Assembly (NCBI RefSeq): GCF_001194135.2 | Contig: NC_068994.1 | Location: forward strand, 36,236,215-36,300,214 | Direction of reading: 5' to 3' | Length of the DNA: 64,000 nucleotides | DNA from: Octopus bimaculoides | Taxonomy: Eukaryota | Shown here: piece after piece, positions 53,590 to 64,000 of the stretch | Layout of the letters: each line of letters starts with the position of its first letter | Numbering within the stretch: the stretch's first letter is position 1 | The notes under the pieces: model-generated | Database searches by the model: none | The model's input: the letters and a program-made list of their open reading frames with translations, nothing else | What the model was told of the DNA's origin: nothing | Translations under genes and position numbers: made by a program

Positions 53590-53825
53590 GGGCATCCAGC
53601 TGTAGAAACTCTGCCAGAACAGACTGGAGTCTAGTGTAGCCTTCCAGTTCGCCAGTCCCCAGTCAAATCGTCCAACCCATGCTAGTATGGAAAGCGGACG
53701 TTAAATGATGATGATGATGATGATGATGATATATATGTGCCTGGGGTAGTCTTCTACCTGACTGGCTCCTCTCAACCATCCTACCCATGCATACATGGAA
53801 GACAAGCGTTAAATAATGATGATAG
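53590..53825 (+). mobile_element. Two tandem RTE tail fragments
   Basis: gggcatccagctgtagaaactctgcc...aaagcggacgttaaat(gat)n; second ...ccatgcatacatggaagacaagcgttaaataatgatgat. Confidence 0.8.
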
Positions 53826-53835
53826 TATGCATATA

Positions 53836-53867
<32 letters not shown>

Positions 53868-54311
53868 ACACTGTGCGCATGTGTGTCTAAGTATATACAC
53901 ATACATGCACACATACAAACATACGTACATGTGTATTTTATACACACTGCACACACACTTAAGCATTGAAATATGTGTACACACAGATATATATAACATA
54001 GCTTTATTCAACGTACAATTATAAATTTTCCATTCCAGATATTTAATACCTATTACTCCAAAGTCATTAACATGCCCTGCTTACTGTTTATCTACACTCT
54101 GAGAATAATCTGGCCTCTTAATACTTAAAAAAGTAATATTCATTAAAAAAATGACAAATTTTTTTATAGGTAGTTATATGGACATTTTTTTACTTTGTAT
54201 TTTCCAAGGAAAATAAAACCAATCTCAAATGTTTTTCCTTTCTTTCCTCTTCTCTCTCCTTTCAGTTTCTTTCTCTCTTCTCTTTATCACATATTACCAT
54301 CTCTGTGTTTT

Positions 54312-54354
<43 letters not shown>

Positions 54355-54382
54355 GTTTGTCTGTCTTATACTCTCATCTCTT

Positions 54383-54425
<43 letters not shown>

Positions 54426-55026
54426 ATATTACACATTTTAATTAAAAATAATTTTAAATGTTTATATTTGATGAGTTTTTTTTTCATTCTCAAAACTTAT
54501 TTTATATCATAAAACAAACAAAATAACAAAAAAGAAAAAGAAAGAAAAGGCCTCAATTATGGAATGTTCTTCACACTGCAGAAATTGCTTCCCTAATGTG
54601 TTCATTACAAAAGCTGATAGTGAATAACTTTCAGTTGTGGTTAGAAAACTGCGGAAGAGAGATTTTTTTCTACAACGAAAATCAATAGTCCATTTCATTT
54701 ATTGTTTCTAATTCATTTACTGTTTCTAATAGTTAAACCTATGATTGAGTGGAAGTAATATTCTGACCATTTTGTAATAATTCTCTCTTTTTCTGAGAGA
54801 ACCATGCATATAGTTTATTATTTTATTCGCTGAAAATTAAGAAATCTCATAAATTTCTGAGAGTAAGAGTGTAAGGGAGAGAACATGTGCAGGTAAATGT
54901 TTGAAAGTGCTACAAGTACATGTGTGTGTGTGTGTGTGTGCATTGGTATATACCATTTCATACATAAATATTAATATGTATATTCTTATATATAATATGT
55001 ATAGATAGATCTTAGAGTGTGTGTGC

Positions 55027-55076
<50 letters not shown>

Positions 55077-56653
55077 NNNNNNNNNNNNNNNNNNNNNNNN
55101 NNNNNNNNNNNNNNNNNNNNNNNNNNNNNNNNNNNNNNNNNNNNNNNNNNNNNNNNNNNNNNNNATGTGTGTGTGTGTGTGTGTGTATGTGTGTGTGTGT
55201 GTGTGTGTGCATTTGTGAGTGCATGTGCATACATCTTAGTTTTCATAGGTGGCGTCTCCTAGCAGATAGTTAATAGAGGGGAGATAATTATTTCTTCATA
55301 ATTGTCAGGATGAGAAGTTTGAATTTGAGGGAGAAAAAAATGAACAGAATACAGATATTTAATTCAGTGTTTCTTTTTTTCATCATTACTATTTACAAAG
55401 TTATGGGGATCACATTCCTTGAACTTCAAGTAATGGAAAGCTAAATTGATGCTTCATCACACATGAACCTACACAGATATATATATCTTTTACCTTCAGT
55501 CACAAGCTACATCTTTTCCCTTTGTCTTTTATTTCTCCTCTCATTTTTAGCATTATTCTTGCTTCTGTTTTCTCCCCAAACCAATTTTACCTCCTCCTTT
55601 TTTAATGTAATTTATTTTTAATTTATTCATTTATTTATTTATTATTTTTGTCTGTGATACTGAGTTACCATTATGGTAATTTTTATTTCTTAATTCTTAT
55701 TTCCATTTTAATTCTATTTTAATCAATTGTAACAGTTTATTTCTGATAAGGTCTTTCTAATTATGTATATCTTTCACACCAGTTTCTATGAATTTTTCAC
55801 TATCCAGTTTCTTGATTTTTAATTTCTATGTGACTCACCTTCATGTCTATATATTTTTCTGTGATGGTCAATCACCTCTTTCCAATAGATTCATGTTGTT
55901 TCCAAAAGTAGCTGCCCAATCAGCTTTAAATATTTATTCAATGAGTTGATGGTCATGAATATTTATAAACACTTGTTAACTATTGTATTGTTTTGAATAA
56001 TCATGACTGTCTAGTGAATGGTTACACAAAACTCTGAGTAACAGTTTATGAAATCGTTTTAGCTTCAGTAAAATAATGTATGTGCATGTGTGTGTGTGTG
56101 TGTGTGTGTNNNNNNNNNNNNNNNNNNNNNNNNNNNNNNNNNNNNNNNNNNNNNNNNNNNNNNNNNNNNNNNNNNNNNNNNNNNNNNNNNNNNNNNNNNN
56201 NNNNNNNNNNNNNNNNNNNNNNNNNNNNNNNNNNNNNNNNNNNNNNNNNNNNNNNNNNNNNNNNNNNNNNNNNNNNNNNNNNNNNNNNNNNNNNNNNNNN
56301 NNNNNNNNNNNNNNNNNNNNNNNNNNNNNNNNNNNNNNNNNNNNNNNNNNNNNNNNNNNNNNNNNNNNNNNNNNNNNNNNNNNGAGTATATAACGAATGA
56401 TAGAAAAGTGGATAATACAAAAAACTTTATTGCTCACATTTCGACACACCCTGCATCGATCACTCGTGGATGGGATATTGTACAAGTGGTTGTGGTGCAC
56501 CCCTTGGTACAGACATATCTCCTCAGGTGATAGTATCTTGTTAAATTAACTCTGTTTCAATCGATTTTAGTGGCAGTATGTTTAAACTGTTAGGCAGGAA
56601 TGGTGAGCATTATTTACATTTGATGGATATTTGTCCTCATCTTGTTTGTTGTT

Positions 56654-56699
56654 AACACAATGTTTCGGCTGATATATCCTCCAGCCTTCATCAGGTATT
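56654..56699 (-). ncRNA. Minimal hammerhead (family A), best-preserved stem II
   Basis: AATAC-CTGATGA-A-GGCTG(GAGGATATAT)CAGCC-GAAA-CA-TT-GTGTT. Confidence 0.75.
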
Positions 56700-56879
56700 T
56701 GGGGAAATTTCGAACCTCAGTTCTCATTCCTAAGGTATTTTTTAATGTTATTATTATTATTATTATTATTGTTCAGGTCATTGCATGGAATCAAACTCAG
56801 AATCTTGGGGTTAGTAGCCCGCACTCTTAACCATTACGCCATATGCCCGTGCAATTATGGAGTGAATTTTAGGGTTATA

Positions 56880-57635
56880 AATCTAATATTTTTCTATCCT
56901 TCCTTAATACCGGTTCCCATAAACTGCTACTATCTGCACTTGGTCTGCTTAGGAGGTTGTTGTGTCCTAGCATATGTGCTGCTTCTTTTAGTTTTCATAT
57001 TTTCCAATGGTGTTCTCTGTCTATTATTTTAACTTCATCCCACAGGGGGAGGTGGTCTCCATTTTGCCATACATGATCAGCTAAACCCGATTTATCAATA
57101 TCTCCTCGTGTCACAGCTTTGCAATGTTTGTCTTATTTTGATTGGGTGGCATGTTTCACCTTTCTATAACTTACCACAGCTGCATGGGATGGAGTACATG
57201 CAGTCTTTGGTCATATTCTCTTCTATTAGTGAAGGAGATATTTGCGAAGTGCTGTATTACTCTTGAATACTGTCCTGATGTCATATGGGCTGCATTTCTT
57301 TTGTATCTTTTCGGAGAGGCCTTTCACATAGGGTAGACAAACTGTGGACAGTTTATTGGCCTCATCCTCTCTCTTCTTCATAATTGGAGTGGATAGTATA
57401 CTTTTGGGGTAGTTATTGCTTAACAGATTATTAGCGAGATTGATCATTTCTTCATTGTGTGTATCACGATCGCTACATATATTCTTTCCATGATGTTTTA
57501 GGCACTGAGCAATCCCTCTCTTTACACTGTATGGATGGTGGGAATTGAAGTTGAGGTATCATCCAGTAAAGGTTGGCTTGTGGTATACGGATGTTCTGAA
57601 TCCACACTTGGTGTGTGTTATTAATAAGTCCCGGA
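56880..57635 (-). pseudogene. Inverted copy of the same PLE ORF segment
   Basis: MINLANNLLSNNYPKSILSTPIMKKREDEANKLSTVCLPYVKGLSEKIQKKCSPYDIRTVFKSNTALRKYL. Confidence 0.9.
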
Positions 57636-57667
57636 AAAAATAGAAAAAAGAAAGACAATCAGCTGGC

Positions 57668-58429
57668 ATTCCTGAACGCATTAATAACATGCACCAAGTA
57701 TGGATTCAGGACATCTGTATACCACAAGCCGACCTTTACTGGACAATACCTCAACTTCAATTCCCACCATCCATACAGTGTAAAGAGAGGATTGCTCAGT
57801 GCTAAAACATCATGCAAATAATACAAGTAGCGATGGTAATAGACACTACGAAGAAATGATCAAGCTCAATAACGATCTGTTAAGCAACAACTACCCTGAA
57901 AGTATACTATCTGCTCTAATTATGAAGAAGAGAGAGGATGAGGTCGATAGACTCTCTACTGTCTGTCTACCCTATGTGAAAGGCCTCTCCGAAAAGATAC
58001 AAAAGATATGCAGCCCATATGACATCAGGACAGTATTCAAGAGTAATACAACACTTCACAAATATCTCCTTCGAGTAAACCCACCAATAGAAGAGATTAC
58101 GACCAAAGACTGCGTGTACTCCATCCCATGCAGCTGTGGTAGGTTATACAAAGGCGAAACATGTCGCCCCCTCAAAATAAGGGTAGACAAACATCACAAA
58201 GCTGTGACACGATAAATCGAGTATAGTTGATCATGTATGGAAAAATGGAGACCACCTCCCCCTGTGGGATGAAGTTAAAATAATAGACAGAGAACACCAC
58301 TGGAAAATATGAAAACAAAAAGCAGCAGCACATATGCTAGGACACAACTTCCTAAGCAGACCGAGTGCAGATATGAGCAGTTTATGGGAACCGGTATTAA
58401 GGAAGGATAGAAAAACATTAGATTTATAA
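57668..58429 (+). pseudogene. PLE polyprotein 3' part: RT thumb/linker and GIY-YIG endonuclease (frameshifted)
   Basis: AFLNALI...FRTSVYHKPTFTGQYLNFNSHHP; LPYVKGLSEKIQKIC; CVYSIPCSCGRLYKGETCRPLKIRVDKH; stop TAA at 58427-58429. Confidence 0.92.
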
Positions 58430-59400
58430 GCCCTAAAATTCACTCCATAATTGCCCATGGGCATATGGCATAGTGGTTAAGAGCACAGGAAAAATGGAGA
58501 CCATCTCCCCCTGTGGGATGAAGTTAAAATAATAGACAGAGCACAGGCTACTAACCCTAAGATTCCGAGTTCGATTCCAAGCATAATAATAATAATTCTG
58601 TGTAGTCAACAATATCAAAAACAAATGAATACCTTAAGAATGAGAACCCAGGTTCGAAATTTCCCCAAACACCTGATGAAGGCTGGAAGGTATATCAACA
58701 AACAAGATGAGGACAAATATCCGTCAAATGCACATAATTCCTCATCTCTTAAATATAGAACTGAGGAATGGTGAGGTATGGAGTAATTAAGAAAAATAGG
58801 ATTTAAAAGAAAACATACAATAAAGTATAAAACATTATTTATGTTAATACCCACATATAATTACTTCCGTACCTACTCTAGCTGTCTTGTGTATACACGC
58901 ACCCTCCCATTCACAGAGTTAAATAACTCCTTGATAAATGATCTGCCATTCTCATATCACATTGTGACATTTATATTTAATATTCTTATGTTAATAGTAT
59001 ACTTATAATATATAGTATATATTAAACTCACTTTGCAATCACAAGCTGACTAACGCTTTGTGAGTGAATTTGAAATATGGAAACTTGGCTACTGCTCAGC
59101 AACTGCATGGGTCCATTCGAATTTGGTAGACAGAAACTGTGTGGAAACCTGTAAGATACTTACATCCAGACAGATTGATATGTATATTATGTATACATAA
59201 GTCTTTGTGTTTGAACCCCCATGTCTACTGTTCGATAATCAATTTTGGTTTGTTTATGTCCCTGCAATTGTACTGTTTAGGAAAAGAGCCTTTCAAAGAA
59301 TAAGAAAATAGGAACTGGGATCTGCATAAATTCACTTGGTAGTAGAGTCATAAATTTGTCAACAAGCATCCATGGTCTAGTCACCCAACTATAAGAACAG

Positions 59401-59431
<31 letters not shown>

Positions 59432-59624
59432 TACACACACACACATACACACACACACATACACACACACACATACACACACACACACACACACATTCAC
59501 TGAGACACAAACACTCGCAGAAATGTGTGTGTGTGTACATATACTGCTATTTAGAGACATATATACACACAAACATACATTCATATATGCTTACATATAT
59601 AAATATATGTATATATATATATAC

Positions 59625-59770
59625 ATATAACAAGCTTCTTTCCAAATACACTCACAAAGCTTTGATCAGGTCAGGGCTATAGGAGGACGACATTTACCTG
59701 CAGTGCCATGCAGTACAACTGAACTTGAGACCACATGGTTGGGAAGGAAGTTTCTTAACCTCACACCAAA
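59625..59770 (-). mobile_element. Degenerate tRNA-derived SINE
   Basis: cactcacaaagctttgatcagg...actgaacttgagaccacatggttgggaaggaagtttctt. Confidence 0.7.
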
Positions 59771-59859
59771 GTTGGCCCAGGTCATTTGTAACTTAGTAAC
59801 ACCACCTGACTGAATTTGTAGAGCAATTTTTAAGTCAAGTTTTGAGGTTCCAAAGCTAT

Positions 59860-60600
59860 TCAAGTAGGGAGTGGTTATTGACAGAGATGCACCCAGGTGT
59901 ACTTTGTCTGGTATCTTATTGAAGAAATTTGTCCATTTATCATTTGAACGTTATAAGATCTTATACTTCTTTGATTTGTTTTGGAACAACCTTAAACAAA
60001 GTAAAGACAGTGAGGAAAAGTAATTATCTTGCAATGTGGTTATGCATTGTGAGCCTGAATATAGTTTGAAGTCGCCTTTGGTGAATTGCAAACTCGATAT
60101 TAAGTTGTTTTGGCAATGCTGGTGGTATATCTTCCACATTATGCAAATGATGTAGTGTTCACAGTAGTATTGGAGAGAATAAATTTTCAGTGTTTTAAGA
60201 TGGACCTAATAATCAAAATCAGTCATGCCATTTATAGTTTTTGTAATTGCTCTTTGAGTGCCTCAATTCTCATGTTTTCTTTAGTAGAAGGAGACTACAT
60301 TGGGCTAAAGTATTCTAGGTGTAACTATACATAGGAGAAAAAAGGGAAACCATACAAAGGTAGAGAAAAGGCAGTGACCACACAAAGGAAGAGAAAAGAA
60401 GTCATGTGACTCTCTAGATCAGAAAGTTCTGAGAATCTAGAAGCTTATCTTGTGAGCCGTAGCAACTTTACTGCGAGCACCCCAGCTAAGGTTATTGTCA
60501 AAGATTACTCTGAAATTTTTGATATTTTGAATACCATGTGTGGTTCCCCTGAGAACCACACAAGTCATCTACATGTTTGTTTTGCAATTTTTCCTTTCAG
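59860..60600 (-). mobile_element. CR1-clade LINE 3' remnant
   Basis: Minus strand HLEYFSPM*SP... and ...MDKFLQ*DTRQSTPGCISVNNHSLLE resemble CR1 'LEY.S..WSP' and 'LDKFL...PD.P...NSL'. Confidence 0.6.
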
Positions 60601-60928
60601 AAGTGCATAAGTTGTCACCTTGAATATATAAGAAACAGTATGGTTTCACTGGTATGGCAAATAGACCCCCCCTCCACCACCAGCTCAATAAACAACTGTT
60701 ACATGCAATAGAAGCAATATTAATTTAAAATGGCCATCTATGTACCATACTTAATGTAAATACATTATTGAAAGCCAATTTAATGCCCTATTCATCCAGA
60801 GTAAACATCTCTGAAGACGTACTCTAGTTAAAAACATAATAGATGGTGGAGGGAGTTGAAAATCATCCCAACAGTGTCCAGCAAGAACACAAGATGCATT
60901 TCAACCTCATTGACTCTTATTACCAAGA

Positions 60929-60964
<36 letters not shown>

Positions 60965-62428
60965 CGCGTGCGTGTGTGTGTGGGCATGCATGCGTGAGTG
61001 CATGTGCGTGTGTTAGCCAAAAGATGTAAATATCAGTGAGAAAACATTTGACTACTGCTTTTGAACAAAAAACCTTACACATATGCTTCCTCATCTCTCT
61101 CAACATCAGAAAAAGCCAAGAACAAGTTACTGGCTCATTGGAAATCTATAATTAATGCCACTAGTCTTCAAAAACACAATATAAAATAAATTATTAAATG
61201 GAGTCATAGACTCATTTTTGAACACTTGAATAGGCTTCCTGTACTACTCATGAATATATATGTAAATATATTAGTGTGTACATACATTCCTTGCCTTGGG
61301 CTTTCAAACCCTAATGGTGTCTGAGGGGTACCACTGACATACATGTTTAAGGCACTTTTAGAGCTGACCAAGCCCATCCCTCTTTATATCAAACCACAGC
61401 TCATTAATTTTAGATTTGATAAAGAGAAAGACTGAAAGAGAAGAATTGTCCCCCACTACCATCACCATTTAAAACTTTTATCAGCTGCCTATGCTAAAGA
61501 TGAAAAATAAGGGTGACCATGCTAGTATTTAAGCCCCGAGCACAGAGAGCCAGAATGAATACTGCAAGGCAATCTATCTAATGCTGTAACAATAGCCAAT
61601 TCATTGCCTTACTGATATATAAATACAAGTCTTAGTATGAGTGTCTGTATAAATGTTTGTTTTGATAATTTCAATCTTAGTTTCTGAAAATATCTCGTGT
61701 AGTTTCATTTCCTGGGCTTCTTATTGTGCTTATACTATTTTTATGAAACCTACCTTCTGAAGAAGATTGGTTCTTATGAAGTAAGTTACATATACAAATC
61801 CATGTGTCAGCTTTCTAACAAGAAATAAAGATTGTCAAAATATAATAATGGTGCAAAATGAGCAGCTGTCAAAATTTACCATATACCTCACTACAAATTT
61901 CATACTTGACGACCTAATATGTTAAACTGAGTTAAACTTCTGAAGTTTAATTGAAAAACAAGACTTATACTTTAGTCATACACCTTCTTAATCAGGACTG
62001 TCTGACCTGCATCTAACCATCAACTTGTGTTTATATATATATAGTGCAATTAGATACATATTGTTTGTCAGACTATTCCATAATACTGTACGTTAACAGC
62101 ACTCTCTCTCTCTCTTACTTTCCACTCTATCAACTTCACATTTCTATCAGCTGGTGACCCAGCAAGCTTGGTCACATACATATATGATATTCCCTTAGTT
62201 ATTTTTAACTAAAAAGTGTCTAATGTTGATTACAATATCTTTGCTCTTCGGGTGTTATTTATATGCAGCCAAGACACCACTTTCCAGACAAGCATGACTA
62301 ACATAAACAAAGATCTTCAAAACATCATCTAACAGGAACATGGGAAACTATTCTTATTCAGCACCAAGATCCATATTTAAGAAACACAGTAATAAAGCTT
62401 CTTTTGAACAAAACACAACGAAACTATT

Positions 62429-62657
62429 CACGGGCATATGACGTGGTGGTTAAAAGTGCGAGCTACTAACCCCAAGATTCCATATTCGATTCCAGGCAGT
62501 GACCTGAACAACAACAGCAGCACCAGCAGCAACAGCAACAACAACATCAAAAAATACCAGCGAAATTTCCAAGACACCTGATGAGTATATCAGCAAAAAC
62601 ATTGTGTTAACAACAAACAAGATAAGGACAAATATCTGTCAAATGTAAAAAATGTAC
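62429..62657 (+). mobile_element. Stand-alone ~230-bp tRNA+hammerhead unit (family A)
   Basis: Starts CACGGGCATATG; tRNA-like 62432-62504, (AAC/AGC)n linker, GACAC-CTGATGA..CAGC-AAAAA-CATT-GTGTT, shared tail; no ORF sequence upstream. Confidence 0.85.
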
Positions 62658-64000
62658 CATTCACTATTATTATGAATGACAGGCCTTTTCATCATGACCA
62701 CAGATTAATAATATAGCCAAAACTGCAACTGATTTACTAGGCTTTCTCTTCAGAGTCAGAAAATTATACAGATCTGAGCAGTTTCTAATCCTTCTGTATA
62801 GCACAAATGTGGCCTACATTAAACTACTGCTCATACATATGTGATGAGTCAGTTCCTATACTCACAATTTAAATCACATCTACATACAGGCTGTTCAGCT
62901 GAGGTAAATTTTCACTCACTTATACACAGCTACTACAAGCATTAGGCCACTAATATGATGCGTTCTCACTGTTTCTACTACCATTACTGCAACGGTCACT
63001 ACTCTTCTGGTTTAGAAGGCTGTTTGCTATTATCACCCAAGCTAAACTGATAATCTTATTCTTCTTTGTCATTCTTCTTATATTTTATTTCTCAAGCTTC
63101 AGATTAAACAACAAACCCAACCTTTCACAGAAGAACTACACTCTCTCTTCCTCTTTGTTTGTCTGTTCTCTCTCTCTCTCTTTCTCTCTCTCTCTTCACA
63201 ATTTCTATGTATGCATCACCTTATAGAGATCCAGCTTAAATACAAATACATTAATGTCAGCAACTAGGAAAGTACTGTCCTTCTTTCTTAAAGAAATAAA
63301 AAAAGAAATAAAACTATCTGGTGAATTTTCTGTATCTCTATCGCTTTTGTGCATGAATTGTTTCATTGCTACTTCTCCATGGATCATAAAGCATATCATT
63401 CAAAATAATAATTAATCAGCAGTCAGTTATCCAGGATAGACTACTCTGGTTATGTTGGTATCAAGCTGAAGTCTTTAGTAAATTAAATCAAGCATGACCT
63501 GATACTGGAAATTTTCTTTCAAGGTTATATTTCACTGGTGTTGATGAGGGAGTGCATTTATTGTAATTATCTCTTGTGAAATATTTCCCGAGTAGGTCTT
63601 TTGCAATCATCAGAACATTAATTCTTTGTTGCATGCAGACATTGATCATGAACACACTATAATGAGTAATAGATACATGACCGTAACATTAAAATACAGT
63701 CTGAATATGGATACTGATATTATGGCTCTTTGTTTTTATGTGGTGTGGAGATGTTAGTCTATTTCATTGTTGGTGAGAAAGTTTCTAGTAACAAATAGTG
63801 ATTTCTAGGTTGATCTAATATCTAATGATATAGCTCAAATGTTAAACATAATGGCACAGCAAGTACATCTAGATCTAGTAATTTATTGTGTATATGAATG
63901 TGTGTGTGTGTATGTATTTATGTGTGTTTATGTGTGTATGTGTATGTGGGTGTGAGTGTGTGTGTGTATGCATGTGTATATAATGGAAATGGATGTGCTC

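Larger units (their letters stand above)
56608..58760. mobile_element. Penelope-like element as a 2.1-kb head-to-head palindrome
   Basis: Left arm 56608-57635 (-) mirrors right arm 57668-58730 (+) with a ~32-nt spacer; each arm has RT C-terminus + GIY-YIG, tRNA-like module and hammerhead. Confidence 0.93.

Noticed and set aside
54550-54720. Unique-looking stretch resembling a conserved non-coding element
   Set aside because: Cannot be supported without cross-species alignment
56400-56470. TTTCGAC.. motif suggesting a minus-strand hammerhead
   Set aside because: No CUGANGA and no stem II at the right spacing
63205-63399. 64-aa minus-strand ORF as a coding exon
   Set aside because: No recognisable homology and no convincing splice-site pair

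Overview
AT-rich eukaryotic (metazoan) DNA, dense in microsatellites and interspersed repeats, with nine N gaps. The repeat families resemble those of octopod cephalopods (Octopus); that assignment is an inference from recognition, not from a search. I found no intact host protein-coding gene, and the long track ORFs are microsatellite or N-gap artefacts. The window is mostly decayed mobile DNA: RTE-clade LINE 3' ends with (GAT)n tails, CR1/L2 remnants, an R4/Dong-like RLE element, tRNA-derived SINEs, mariner and maT (DD37D-like) derivatives, and Penelope-like elements (PLEs). The most notable signal is at 45.9-48.3, 56.6-58.8 and 62.4-62.7 kb. There, a GIY-YIG PLE carries a 73-nt tRNA-like Pol III promoter 30 nt after its stop codon, followed by a minimal type-I hammerhead ribozyme (family A, six decayed copies). 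This tRNA+hammerhead module also occurs free of the ORF as a ~230-bp SINE-like unit and as a fold-back pair. The fold-back pair is inserted, with a 12-bp TSD, into a second, unrelated non-coding element that carries its own apparently intact hammerhead (family B, 46279-46337). Two candidate non-coding exons or promoter signals (14.3 kb minus, 38.5 kb plus) are weaker. All structures were folded and aligned by eye, and boundaries of decayed repeats are approximate.
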